This document shows positions 18,204-28,230 of a stretch of 64,000 bases of DNA, one piece after another; position 1 is the first letter of the stretch, and the number at the start of each line of letters is the position of its first letter. The position numbers were made by a program, and so were the translations under genes. This DNA is from Anaerolineae bacterium (lineage in GTDB: Bacteria; Chloroflexota; Anaerolineae; Anaerolineales; UBA4823), in NCBI GenBank assembly GCA_041479245.1, contig JBGOXS010000015.1:7446-71445 (forward strand), read 5' to 3'. Below the pieces are notes generated by a model. It ran no database searches. It saw only the letters and a program-made list of their open reading frames with translations, and had not been told where the DNA came from.

Positions 18204-19535
18204 CTATTTTCCGTCAAAGTAAATCGGATTGGAGATCAAGGCCGGCAGCAAAGGCAGACCAGGTAGGAAGCTACGCAGGATCTGAATGTAGGCAAAACCG
18301 GGAGCCGGCATAGAATAACCGCCGTGCATGGTCCCATTAGTTTCGGCTTTGAGCAGTGGAAAATTCCCACTTGAAGTGACCACCTGCACAACATCCCCGG
18401 CGATCAGATTGCCGACATTGAATTCGAGCTGCTTGACCCTGGAGAAATCGACGCTATCGCCCAGCATGGAATCGCCGGCGGTTAGCTCGAGGGTGGGACC
18501 GGCGGCACTGTAGGTGATATAAGCATGCCCGAGTTTTACCGCTGAGAGGGTATCTGATGGGCTGGCAGACATGGCGTACACACAAGTGGTGGGTCCGCCG
18601 GTGAACAGTAGTAAGGAGTCGCGGTGATAATCACTACCGCCGCAGATGGGGACTTTTTTTCCAGACATGAGCATCGAGTGCCACAGTTCTATTGCCTGCA
18701 GGTTAGAACCGCGCATGGGTCCATTCCAGACCTCCAGACAGTCATAAGGAAGCGTATTCAGGTCAAACAGGAACGGGCAGACTGGGTCACAGGGATGATT
18801 AATGCAAATGAAAGCCCCACGTGCGCGGGCGGATTCAAAGCGCGCCTGGACCTCAGTGAGAGAATTAGCTAAAAAAGGCTCATCGTATGGCTGATCCACT
18901 CCCAAGAAGTTGGCGTGCCCCTGGTAGTGAGTCCATTCAACACCTGGGATCAGAGTGAGGCCACCGAGACGCCTCAAGGAATCGGCTGAAACCGGCTGGT
19001 TGTGGTCGGTGATAGCAAGATAGTCCAACCCGTTCTTCCATGCATGTTGAGCTAATTCGTCCACCTCGAGCACACCATCGGAGGCGAGGGTGTGGGTGTG
19101 CAAATCTCCTTTTAATAGACGCATACGTTTGGGAGTAAAGGACAGGTCGTAAACGACGTTCACCCCCTCCGGCGCAACCTTGTAGGCGCCAACGATGATC
19201 TGCCATTCACCAGCGACAAGGCGGCAGGGATGGTAGCCTGGTGTGGCAGCAGTCTCGCTGATCAAAATACCTAGCTTATCAGAGCCGGATGCTCCCACCT
19301 GGGTTCCATCCGGACCAATCACACCCAGGTCAATGATATTGATCTCTTTGCGGGATATAAAACGGCCATTCTCCACTACCAGCTCGCTTTCATGATGCCT
19401 TTTATATCGGTAGGTGAGGGTGAATGACTCAGTATTGGCGGGCATGGTGAACGGGATTGTGTAATAAGTCCCCTGCCGACTGGGTTCGATAAATAAAGGT
19501 ATTTGCATGTGGGTTTCGAGGGGTCGATTATCCAT
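18204..19535 (-). CDS. PHP-domain metallohydrolase (CehA/McbA-like)
   Basis: GDLHTHTLASDG and AITDHN PHP motifs after a roughly 130-aa beta-rich N-terminal domain. Confidence 0.7.
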   Translation of the reverse strand: MDNRPLETHMQIPLFIEPSRQGTYYTIPFTMPANTESFTLTYRYKRHHESELVVENGRFISRKEINIIDLGVIGPDGTQVGASGSDKLGILISETAATPGYHPCRLVAGEWQIIVGAYKVAPEGVNVVYDLSFTPKRMRLLKGDLHTHTLASDGVLEVDELAQHAWKNGLDYLAITDHNQPVSADSLRRLGGLTLIPGVEWTHYQGHANFLGVDQPYDEPFLANSLTEVQARFESARARGAFICINHPCDPVCPFLFDLNTLPYDCLEVWNGPMRGSNLQAIELWHSMLMSGKKVPICGGSDYHRDSLLLFTGGPTTCVYAMSASPSDTLSAVKLGHAYITYSAAGPTLELTAGDSMLGDSVDFSRVKQLEFNVGNLIAGDVVQVVTSSGNFPLLKAETNGTMHGGYSMPAPGFAYIQILRSFLPGLPLLPALISNPIYFDGK

Positions 19536-19719
19536 GGCGTTTTAGTGGGGTTTTTAGGTTGTCGACAAGGAAGCGCTGAATCTGCTCATTCCAGAAGAAC
19601 CAATCGTAGTAGCCTTTTTCTGCGTTGTAGCCGATAGGGATGACTGAAGATCGGCTGGCTGGCTGAATGTATGGACAGAAACACTTATTAGGATTATATA
19701 TCAGAACAGGAGATAGGGG

Positions 19720-19743
19720 TTTTATCCTGATCTCAGGATAAAA
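19720..19743. promoter_or_regulatory. Perfect 11-bp inverted repeat (operator-like)
   Basis: TTTTATCCTGA TC TCAGGATAAAA lies in the divergent intergenic region between the PHP gene and the VOC gene. Confidence 0.4.
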
Positions 19744-19885
19744 CTAGTAAGGCATCCAGAGCTAGACAGACAATAAATTAGTGAAGATGGTCTTATAAAA
19801 CAATCACGGTGATAAAAGTTGAGGCCGCAGCAGGCGCAAGCCGAGGTTCACCGTGGCAGCCCCCCTTACGGAAAGGATAAATTGC

Positions 19886-20230
19886 ATGATCATTGGCGCA
19901 CACACGATTATTTTCAGCACCAACCCGGAGGCCGACCGTATGTTCCTGCGGGATGTGCTTCACTTACCGAACCTTGATGCCGGCGATGGATGGCTGATAT
20001 TTAAATCTCCTCCGGCCGAAATTGCGGTGCATCCGTACAAACGGAATAATGTCCATACGTTATACCTGATGTGCGATGACGTGCAGGCATTCATGGCGGA
20101 AATGAAGCAGCAAAGTATCGCATGCGACGAATTGGTGGAGGCTGAGTGGGGTTTTCTTACCAATATCTCGTTGCCGGGCGGCGGGAAGCTGGGAGTGTAT
20201 CAGCCGACGCACGCCAGACCTGAATACTGA
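19886..20230 (+). CDS. VOC/glyoxalase-bleomycin-resistance family protein
   Basis: 114 aa from the ATG at 19886 (RBS GGAAAGGA). MIIGAHTIIFS...IAVHP...GGKLGVYQP is typical of small VOC-fold proteins. Confidence 0.6.
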   Translation: MIIGAHTIIFSTNPEADRMFLRDVLHLPNLDAGDGWLIFKSPPAEIAVHPYKRNNVHTLYLMCDDVQAFMAEMKQQSIACDELVEAEWGFLTNISLPGGGKLGVYQPTHARPEY

Positions 20231-20319
20231 TCAGGGCAGAGATGTGTTGGTGAAGAAGGGGTTCGATGGCAGAACGCAGAGAGAAGAACGGAACTGCCCA
20301 TTATACGCTGTACCAGATC

Positions 20320-21183
20320 CTAGCGAACGGCGGCCAGGATGGGATTGGAGAAGCGCTGGCTTTCAATGACCTGTTTGGTAAGTGCAAAACCCTGGGCGAT
20401 TAAATCGTCAGTGTGGCTAAAATCCCAGATCTGAATGGGCATTTCGCCGGTGAGGCATAGGTACAGCAGAGGTATACCGCGGGCTTCTGCCAGCTCCATC
20501 TCGAGGTCCGACTGCCGCCGTCCCACGGAATAGATCAGGCGGCTTAAAAACCCCCGCACTCCATCTCCTGATGCATTCATCTCGCGTGAATCGATCAAAT
20601 CTAGCGCCACGATCTCAGTTGCACCCAGGCTGATCGCCGGTTCAACTGGCAGGTTGCTCACCACAGCCCCATCCATTAGATATCGGTCTTGGTTCCTCAC
20701 CGGCATGAACCAGGGTGGCAGGGTGGACGAAAGCAATACTGCATCCAAAATTTTGTCACCTGCCATCGTTCCGTGCAAGATTGGTTTCCCGGTATTCAGA
20801 TCTGCGGAGACGATCACGAGGTCTGGATGAGAGACATCCGTAAAATTTAAATCGGGGGTTAATCCCTGATGGATAAAGAAATCTCTCAAGCGGTGCGATG
20901 GATCACTTGAGGAGCGATTAAACATGGCGCGCATAGTGAGCCAGAGGTAATTGGAAGGTAACAACTCAGAGGCTCCAGCCGAATGCCAGGCAGCCGTAAG
21001 TCGATCGAGAGAATCTTTCGAAAAGCCACTCAAGGCGACGAAGGCAGCATTCGCCGCACCGATCGAGACACCGATGAGTAGATCGGGCTGGAGGCCATAT
21101 TCCAGCAAAGCATACATGGCGCCCACCTGTAATGCCCCACGTGAGCCGCCTCCACTGAGCGCAAATGCCAATTTTTTATCCAT
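20320..21183 (-). CDS. Patatin-like phospholipase
   Basis: GGGSRG oxyanion motif, GVSIGA (GxSxG) and the DGA catalytic Asp motif. Confidence 0.85.
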   Translation of the reverse strand: MDKKLAFALSGGGSRGALQVGAMYALLEYGLQPDLLIGVSIGAANAAFVALSGFSKDSLDRLTAAWHSAGASELLPSNYLWLTMRAMFNRSSSDPSHRLRDFFIHQGLTPDLNFTDVSHPDLVIVSADLNTGKPILHGTMAGDKILDAVLLSSTLPPWFMPVRNQDRYLMDGAVVSNLPVEPAISLGATEIVALDLIDSREMNASGDGVRGFLSRLIYSVGRRQSDLEMELAEARGIPLLYLCLTGEMPIQIWDFSHTDDLIAQGFALTKQVIESQRFSNPILAAVR

Positions 21184-21489
21184 TACGATACACAATTACC
21201 AGGCAACTAATTTTTTCAACAGTTTACCGGCGTTACCAATTACCCTCATTCGTACAGTATAACAAGGTACCCAAAGGTAGTCAATCAAGCCTTAATCAAA
21301 ATATCCATGATAGGCCATCCGTATCTACTTTTTTGTTTATGAACTTAATGGGGCTAAAAAGAGTCGTGGTAACCTGGTTCATCCACATCTACCAGAACAC
21401 AATTATCTCTGCCTTCTGGTAGACCGGATCAGTCAGTTAATTCGACAGCAATACTGGGCAAACACCTAAAATACTGGAATCGCTACCCG

Positions 21490-22290
21490 TTATTGTTGCA
21501 CCACAAGCGATTCCCTAACCGCATTGCAGCGTTCACAATCCTCACGGCTGCATAATAACGCTGACGGGTCATCCTTTAATAAATCACAAACGGAATCCAC
21601 CAGGCTACCGAGCGGGATGGCTTGAACGACTGCCTCATCCAGCTTAACTTTACGGACCATCTCGTCCAGGTGGGAAGCAACGGTATCAAAGCCTTCGGAA
21701 CAGCCCGGAAACCTGTGGCAGGGAATTACACCCTTCGGAGTGAGAGCCCAACGGATGAACTGTTTTCGCCCTGCGAGCTGCTCAGCATAATGGATGCTGG
21801 TGTTAACCGTATGTTCCACACCCATGAGCAACACCCATCCATTGCCTTCCGCGAGCATCTGGATAGGGACGAGGGGGTCTTTGATGGATTGTGACTCCAG
21901 GATTTTTTGAGCATTGATCCCCGCAAAAGAAAGGATTGGGTGGCTCGAGCGGAGCGACCTGGGATGCGTCCGCAGCCCTTCAGCCACGATACCCATCAGT
22001 GCATCGGCCGGCATATCATGGCGGAAGAGTTCCGCCATCCGGTTGGCATCCTTGCCACTGCCATAATTAATCGCGTTCCCGGGCGGTCCCACCTCCGGCG
22101 TGATCATCGTCTTATAAGTGAACACCGGCATGATAAATGTGTCAAATGTGGAACCAAGAGCACCCAGCACGGTCTCAGCGCCGCCATGGACATCACCGAA
22201 TGCGGAGAGAGAACTATGCACAATCACAGGTCGTGAGCGATCAATTTCAAGCTTACGGAATCCGGTGATGAAATCGCGATAGGTCAACAC
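21490..22290 (-). CDS. AAC(3)-family aminoglycoside N-acetyltransferase-like protein
   Basis: VIVHSSLSAFG...GAETVLGAL are AAC(3)-type N-terminal motifs. The GTG start at 22290 lies 5 nt after the upstream stop with RBS GGAAGGGAG. The ORF-track start at 22407 lies inside the upstream gene. Confidence 0.7.
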   Translation of the reverse strand: MLTYRDFITGFRKLEIDRSRPVIVHSSLSAFGDVHGGAETVLGALGSTFDTFIMPVFTYKTMITPEVGPPGNAINYGSGKDANRMAELFRHDMPADALMGIVAEGLRTHPRSLRSSHPILSFAGINAQKILESQSIKDPLVPIQMLAEGNGWVLLMGVEHTVNTSIHYAEQLAGRKQFIRWALTPKGVIPCHRFPGCSEGFDTVASHLDEMVRKVKLDEAVVQAIPLGSLVDSVCDLLKDDPSALLCSREDCERCNAVRESLVVQQ

Positions 22291-22294
22291 CTGC

Positions 22295-23074
22295 TCATTC
22301 TCCCTTCCAGGAGGGCTTGCGCTTTTCCACAAACGCCTGCATGCCTTCCTTTTGGTCCTGCGAGGCAAAGAGCATATAGAAAGCCCGACGCTCATCCGCC
22401 AGCCCATCGCTTAAAAATGATTCAAACGCGTGGTTCACAACTTCTTTTCCCAAGCGTACCGCCAAAGGCGCACGTGCGGCGATCTCCGCAGCAAGCTGAA
22501 GTGCCTCCTCCAGGTAACGTTCAACCGGCACCACCCGGTTGACCAGACCGAAACTCCTCGCCTCTTCCGCCGTCAATAGGCGGTTGTTGAGCACCATTTC
22601 CATCGCCAGGGCTTTGCCTACCGCACGGGTCAGACGCTGAGTGCCACCAGCGCCGGGGATGACGCCCAGATTGATCTCCGGTTGACCAAAGCGTGCCGTT
22701 TCAGAGGCGATGATCATGTCACACGCCATGGCCAGCTCGTTGCCACCCCCCAGGCACCACCCAGATGCAGCGGCGATGACCGGTTTATGGATTGCCCTGA
22801 TACGGTCGAACTGAGGGATATGGCTTCGGGTGAGCATGTGCACGGCGCTGGCATCGGCCATCTCCTTGATATCTGCACCGGCTGCAAATGCTTGGTCGTC
22901 TCCGGTGATGACGATCGCGCCCACAGCAGGGTCGGTATCAAATGTTTCCAGAGCTTCGCCCAACTCGTGTAGCACAGTGCTGTTGAGCGCATTGCGCACC
23001 TTGGGACGGTTGATGCGCACAAGCCCGACTTGACCGTGAATCTCAGTCAGAATGGTTTCGAATGGTGCAGGCAT
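22295..23074 (-). CDS. Enoyl-CoA hydratase (crotonase family)
   Basis: 259 aa with FAAGADIKEM and the GGGNELAMACD oxyanion-hole motifs. Confidence 0.9.
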   Translation of the reverse strand: MPAPFETILTEIHGQVGLVRINRPKVRNALNSTVLHELGEALETFDTDPAVGAIVITGDDQAFAAGADIKEMADASAVHMLTRSHIPQFDRIRAIHKPVIAAASGWCLGGGNELAMACDMIIASETARFGQPEINLGVIPGAGGTQRLTRAVGKALAMEMVLNNRLLTAEEARSFGLVNRVVPVERYLEEALQLAAEIAARAPLAVRLGKEVVNHAFESFLSDGLADERRAFYMLFASQDQKEGMQAFVEKRKPSWKGE

Positions 23075-23151
23075 AACCCCTCCTGGGTGTGGATTTTTGA
23101 GACACCAACTTTGATCGATAGGACGTTAAAATTATACGTCAAACTCAGAAG

Positions 23152-23628
23152 TCACACGTCAAGTAATGAGAGCAGCTGGCTGAAGTATTGCTGAGATGTA
23201 TCCCTTTGCTGTTCCACCCACCACTGCAAGGCATGCACCCCCCACCTTGGGTGCCTGCCAGCACGGCTCCAGCTGGTCGGAAGTAAGCCGCACAGCAAAC
23301 CTACCTCCCAGGTGCGTAAAGAGGCAAAATTTTCAATGATGATCCTGGCAGGTTCTTCTGGAACGTAATGTTCTGCCATCCAGGCGTCAGCATCAAATAC
23401 CGGTAGGAGAGGCATTTCTTCATCCAAGATTCGACGGATTTGGGGTGTGAATCCATGGGCATCTTCAGCCGATAGGCGAGCAAGGACGTAATGAGCAGTG
23501 GGTTGATCATCACCTAAACGACGGAACCAACCTTCGTAGGAAATCTCGACTTCAATTCTTGCCAGCAGGGGTATGTCTGCTTCCAGAACGGATAACAATT
23601 CCTGACGATAAGAGAGTAATTCTTCCAT
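23152..23628 (-). CDS. Hypothetical protein (possibly DinB-like helical bundle)
   Basis: 158-aa clean ORF with compact spacing. The family assignment is weak. Confidence 0.5.
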   Translation of the reverse strand: MEELLSYRQELLSVLEADIPLLARIEVEISYEGWFRRLGDDQPTAHYVLARLSAEDAHGFTPQIRRILDEEMPLLPVFDADAWMAEHYVPEEPARIIIENFASLRTWEVGLLCGLLPTSWSRAGRHPRWGVHALQWWVEQQRDTSQQYFSQLLSLLDV

Positions 23629-23650
23629 ACTTCACCACGTTACAATGGGC

Positions 23651-24397
23651 TCATATTACGGGTGGCAGAGATAGTACCTGCCCAGTCAGCCCTAAGGCGG
23701 CTGGTGAGCACTCGAACAATACCAGGCTGACCAGACCCGCGCGGTCTTCCAGCTTGAGGTCGGGAAGGCTTTCCTTCCATAGGCGGAATGCGGCGACGTC
23801 CCAGGACGATGATGGGGCGGGACCTATCCCCAGCGGACCATCAAAAACAGCATTGACCCGGATGTTGAAAGCTGACAACTCACTTGCAGCAGCCCGCGTC
23901 AGACCGATCAGGCCAACCTGGCTGGTTAAATGGGCTGCATGACCTTTTTGGAAATCCTGACCCCCGACCAAGGAAATCAGGTTCACAATACTGCCAGCAC
24001 CTTGCTGGCGCATAATCCTCCCGACCTGTTGCACAGTGAAGAATGGACCGCCCAGGTTAACATCCAGTGTGCGGTGGAATTCCCACTCGTCCATATCGAG
24101 GAGAGAAATGTCGGGTTCCACACACGCATGATTGATCAGGATGTCGATACGCCCGTAATGATCAAGAACCTGGGTGACCATGGCTTCGATCGGCATGCGC
24201 TTGGCAATATCGAAGACGTATGGAGTGGCGTTACCACCCGCGTGATGGATAAGCTCAATCGTTTCGTCCAGGCTAATAGGGTTGATGTCGTTGGCAGCCA
24301 CGCTCGCACCCAGGGAAGAAAAAGCCAGGGCAAGCTCCCGACCCAAGCCTCGACCTGCCCCGGTAATCAACACCACCTTGTCAGCAAATTCATCCAT
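23651..24397 (-). CDS. SDR-family oxidoreductase
   Basis: TGAGRGLGRE Rossmann motif, 248 aa. Confidence 0.85.
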   Translation of the reverse strand: MDEFADKVVLITGAGRGLGRELALAFSSLGASVAANDINPISLDETIELIHHAGGNATPYVFDIAKRMPIEAMVTQVLDHYGRIDILINHACVEPDISLLDMDEWEFHRTLDVNLGGPFFTVQQVGRIMRQQGAGSIVNLISLVGGQDFQKGHAAHLTSQVGLIGLTRAAASELSAFNIRVNAVFDGPLGIGPAPSSSWDVAAFRLWKESLPDLKLEDRAGLVSLVLFECSPAALGLTGQVLSLPPVI

Positions 24398-24455
24398 CGT
24401 TTATCTCTCATGCATTATACGGTAGAGGCCCTCAGATAAGCTATACCTATGGCTT

Positions 24456-25163
24456 TTAATTCGTTGCATCAGCCTCACACACCACGACCCCATTCGGGTT
24501 TTGACTGGCATTGAGCGAGATGCCCAGGTAGGGGGAAGGATCAAGCGTGTTCTCGATCTTCAACTCATTGCGGAAACTGCCCTGACCATCATCCTGGACG
24601 ATGGAAAAATGCAAATGTACCCCCACGGGATTATCAGGGTCGCCAGAAAAATCCCCTTGATACCCGAGAAAGGTACCCGCTTCCACGCGCATCTCACTTG
24701 TCCCGGGAGGAAACTCCGGTGAGATATACGAGGCACCGCGTTCATTGGCTATATGCGTGTAATACGTCCAGATCTGACGAGCAGGGTATAGCGGGTCGGC
24801 GGGTATGCGAATGATGACCGTTGATTTCCAATCGGACAAAAGGGTGAGATAACCACCATAGGCAGCGATCACCGGTGTTTTCCCGGGCACATCACCGCCA
24901 AAGATATCGATCCCCTGGTGCCGGTTCCCCGGTCGTAATGAATCGCCCCAGGTGAAGCCTACGAACCCCTCGGTGGGTATTATGAAAGGAGCGCTCCCAC
25001 AGCTTTTACCCGGCTGCAGCGACCAATCCGCGTGGGCTGAAGGGTCATTTAGCCACTCCACCAAACGCTTTGACCGTCCAACCCGCGTTCGCAGCCAAGG
25101 ATAAGCAAAATATAACCCCACCAGGATCAATATTAAAACCAGGGCAATAAACCAGCGTTTCAT
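24456..25163 (-). CDS. M23-family metallopeptidase, membrane-anchored
   Basis: N-terminal TM helix, HQGIDIFG and GVHLHFSI zinc-site motifs. Confidence 0.85.
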   Translation of the reverse strand: MKRWFIALVLILILVGLYFAYPWLRTRVGRSKRLVEWLNDPSAHADWSLQPGKSCGSAPFIIPTEGFVGFTWGDSLRPGNRHQGIDIFGGDVPGKTPVIAAYGGYLTLLSDWKSTVIIRIPADPLYPARQIWTYYTHIANERGASYISPEFPPGTSEMRVEAGTFLGYQGDFSGDPDNPVGVHLHFSIVQDDGQGSFRNELKIENTLDPSPYLGISLNASQNPNGVVVCEADATN

Positions 25164-25401
25164 ATTTTGTTTATACCGCTACACCAACTGGCACCCAATA
25201 CGGTGAGGCCTGGCAATACGTTCATAAAACGGCATCCATACAATTCAAGTATATTACCATCCTTTACGGATTAAATCCCCGTTCTTCCTGAGGCTGTGGA
25301 GACAATTATGTATTTATAATATGGAGAGACGCGCCACAAGGACTTTAATAGCCAGCAAGCAGCCCGGCATAATCAGTTCAGCTATTTCTGTAGGTCAAGT
25401 T

Positions 25402-25989
25402 ATGGAAAAAATAAAATACGAATTCCCCACACCGTTCGAGAGTGAGCGTTTAATCCTACGCAGCTATCAACCGGGCGATGGTAGCTGGTTTTACGCCATG
25501 AGCCTGAGGAACCGGGGACACTTGAGCCGGTTTGAAGCAGATAATGTCGCCGCCAATGTGGAAAGCGAAGCAGCGGCCGAGGAGTTGGTGGGTGAGCTGG
25601 AGGCTGCCTGGAAGGCACGCAACTGCTTCTTCATCGGTGCCTTCGAGAAACAAACCAGTGATTTCGTTGCTCAGATCTATGTTGGACCGGTGGATTGGAA
25701 TCTATCGGAATTCCAAGTCGGCTACTTTGCAGATATCGACCATGAGGGGCAAGGGTTCGTCACTGAAGGGGTGAAGGCTGTGTTGGCTATTCTATTCGGA
25801 AAAATGAACGCCCACCGGGTGCGGCTGGAATGTGATGAAAGCAACTCGCGCAGCATCCGGGTGGCAGAGCGCTGCAACATGACCAGGGAAGGTTATTTGC
25901 GCGAAAACAGGCGCCACCTGGGTGAGACGTATAGCGGATCATATATATACGGGCTGCTGAAGGCTGAATTCAAGGCTAATGCCGCATGA
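25402..25989 (+). CDS. GNAT N-acetyltransferase (RimJ/RimL-like)
   Basis: ERLILRSY...GQGFVTEG...AHRVRLECDESNSRSIRVAERCNM. Start chosen at the ATG at 25402. Confidence 0.8.
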   Translation: MEKIKYEFPTPFESERLILRSYQPGDGSWFYAMSLRNRGHLSRFEADNVAANVESEAAAEELVGELEAAWKARNCFFIGAFEKQTSDFVAQIYVGPVDWNLSEFQVGYFADIDHEGQGFVTEGVKAVLAILFGKMNAHRVRLECDESNSRSIRVAERCNMTREGYLRENRRHLGETYSGSYIYGLLKAEFKANAA

Positions 25990-26021
25990 TAGGCCGGTCA
26001 ATTATACAAGAGGGGCGAGGA

Positions 26022-26906
26022 TTACTTGTTGGCAAAGGCTCCCTGGATGCGGGCATCCGCCAGGCTGACATATTCCGCGCAAATTTCATAACCAATATAA
26101 TGCCGGCTGGCTTTGAGGGCGGCAAGGGCAGTTTGGCCACTGCCCATGAAGGGATCGAGGATCACCTCATCTTCGAAGGAATACAGCTGGGCAAGGCGGT
26201 AGGGCAGCTCCACCGGGAAGGGTGCCGGGTGACTCACTTTCGAGGCTGACTCAGCGGGAAAGGTCCATATGCTTTTAGTGAACTCGAGGAACTCGTCGCG
26301 TGAAATAGTGCTGTTCCGGTGAAGCAGGTTTTGCCGTTTGAACGTACCTTTTGAAAAGATGAGGATATATTCATGCACATCACGCAAGGTGGGGTTGGCG
26401 GCAGATTTCCAGCTACCCCAGGCAGTAGACGGGCTGGCGCTGGCAGCTTTGTTCCAGATGACTTCACCACGCATTAAAAATCCCAGCCCCAGCATGCTGT
26501 CTGCAATCCAGGCGTTCAGGGGTATATAAGGCCTCCGACCGAGATTGGCAACATTGACACACGCTCTGCCCCCCGGAACAAGAACCCGATATACCTCAGC
26601 CCAAACCCTGGTCAAGAACTCCAGATACTCCGGCAGCGTCAAATCTTTATCATATTCCTTGCCTACATTGTAAGGCGGGGAGGTGACCATCAAGTGTACA
26701 CTGTCATCAGGCAGCTCTCCCATGTTCTCGGAGGAACGCTGAAAAATCCGGTCTAGTTTCTCCATCGGGATGGGGTTCTCTGTATAATCCGTCATGTGTT
26801 CCTGGGACAGGTCCGCGTATAAACGGCTGTTATAAAAAGGGGAGGCGTCATGGCTGGCGCGCCCGGGTGACCCAAATTTACTGGTGGTAGTTTTCTTGGG
26901 TTTCAT
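26022..26906 (-). CDS. DNA methyltransferase, beta-class amino-MTase with SPPY motif (N4-cytosine or N6-adenine), no adjacent endonuclease
   Basis: Motif IV TSPPYNVGKEY precedes the C-terminal SAM motif DPFMGSGQT. The ATG at 26906 lies 10 nt after the YbaK-like stop. Confidence 0.85.
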   Translation of the reverse strand: MKPKKTTTSKFGSPGRASHDASPFYNSRLYADLSQEHMTDYTENPIPMEKLDRIFQRSSENMGELPDDSVHLMVTSPPYNVGKEYDKDLTLPEYLEFLTRVWAEVYRVLVPGGRACVNVANLGRRPYIPLNAWIADSMLGLGFLMRGEVIWNKAASASPSTAWGSWKSAANPTLRDVHEYILIFSKGTFKRQNLLHRNSTISRDEFLEFTKSIWTFPAESASKVSHPAPFPVELPYRLAQLYSFEDEVILDPFMGSGQTALAALKASRHYIGYEICAEYVSLADARIQGAFANK

Positions 26907-26915
26907 CCCCAAACG

Positions 26916-27398
26916 CTATTCAAGTAAATCCAGTACTTTCGCCCCCGTCACGCGGAGGATATCTTGCGGATTGAGGTGCAGCAGCACATTTTCGGCTCCA
27001 CCCCCGGCGTAAGCATCAGTAAAGGCGAGTACTCGCCTGTCGATAACGGTGTTCAATGGCTGGCGATGACCAAAAGGAGGCATTGCACCCACTTCATAGC
27101 CGCTGATCTCGAGGACCATCTCAGGCGTGGCGAGTTTTACTCTTTTCTTGCCTACTTTGTATAAATCGGCAATGGCTCGCCGCTGGATGTTGGATAATCC
27201 GCAGGCGATCGCCAGTACGGGATGCTCATCGGCTAAAAAAAGAATGGATTTGATGATTTGATCCACTTGAGTGCCCACCGCCTGGGCGGCTGTCTCCACC
27301 GTAGGGGTGGGTACGTCCAGCTGGACGATCTCTGCCGGGATGCTCCGAGACTGTATATATGTCCTCAGATCATCCACGCCCAGTTTAGTTGGTGCCAT
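26916..27398 (-). CDS. YbaK/EbsC-type aminoacyl-tRNA editing domain protein
   Basis: 160 aa from the ATG at 27398. KSILFLADEHPVLAIACG...GYEVGAMPPFG is YbaK-like. Confidence 0.7.
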   Translation of the reverse strand: MAPTKLGVDDLRTYIQSRSIPAEIVQLDVPTPTVETAAQAVGTQVDQIIKSILFLADEHPVLAIACGLSNIQRRAIADLYKVGKKRVKLATPEMVLEISGYEVGAMPPFGHRQPLNTVIDRRVLAFTDAYAGGGAENVLLHLNPQDILRVTGAKVLDLLE

Positions 27399-27735
27399 TT
27401 TGCGCCATAGTCTTGTACTTGCGGATATTTTCCAGGTCGTCCTGGCTATGGTCGGCAATCAACAGCATTACCCTGCCGGCGGTCATTTCCTGCAAGAGCC
27501 TGCCAGCTTCCCGACCAGATTCAGACGCTAGACCTGAATTGAGCGCGGCCAGGCTATCGAAATACAATTCATGGATCAAGGCGCACTGCATATCGCCATA
27601 CAACGTCTGGCTAACTCGGCTGGTGGCTTCGCGTCGTAAACCGGGGATATCTTCAGCGGCATGCAGGAAACGCGGCCAGAACCCGTGAAAACCTGGAGTC
27701 GACGTCGATGCGACCAGGATAACCAATTTATACAT
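27385..27735 (-). CDS. EthD-like / dimeric alpha-beta barrel protein
   Basis: 116 aa from MYKLVILV. The 3' end overlaps the YbaK-like start by 14 nt. Confidence 0.5.
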   Translation of the reverse strand: MYKLVILVASTSTPGFHGFWPRFLHAAEDIPGLRREATSRVSQTLYGDMQCALIHELYFDSLAALNSGLASESGREAGRLLQEMTAGRVMLLIADHSQDDLENIRKYKTMAQNGTN

Positions 27736-27832
27736 TCTTCCATTATACACTTGACGACTTAGATGCAAAATATTAATAGAAAATAACCGTTAGCGCTTTC
27801 GTGGTATGATTCCAAAACCAAGGAATCTATAA

Positions 27833-28210
27833 ATGGAAGAAAAGATAACCATCATTGAAGGCCCACCCCCAAACTTTGAAGATGTGCACGAGGGTTGGCC
27901 ACTGGGTTTGAATGAAAGCCCCTCTCTGCATAAACTTGCACTGACTCGCCTGCGCACCTTTAATGGACCGGCGCTGGTCGAGCGGTGCTACCGCGCCTGG
28001 CGTAAACAGGAAGCCATCCAGCTCGAATTCCGCGCTGCCGATGGATTAATTCATAAGACACCGATCGTAGCATCACGCACGATGGATGCCGACGATGGGC
28101 AGCTCATCTTTTTGTGGGTTCGTTTCACCGAGCAAGAAGCACTCATTGAATTAGGCGCCGACGACGACCAATACGGCCTGGAGGACGATGACCAGGAGCC
28201 ACCGGAATAG
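27833..28210 (+). CDS. Hypothetical protein with acidic C-terminus
   Basis: 125-aa ORF followed by a strong terminator. Confidence 0.6.
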   Translation: MEEKITIIEGPPPNFEDVHEGWPLGLNESPSLHKLALTRLRTFNGPALVERCYRAWRKQEAIQLEFRAADGLIHKTPIVASRTMDADDGQLIFLWVRFTEQEALIELGADDDQYGLEDDDQEPPE

Positions 28211-28230
28211 CTCGTTTGCATGATCATTGA

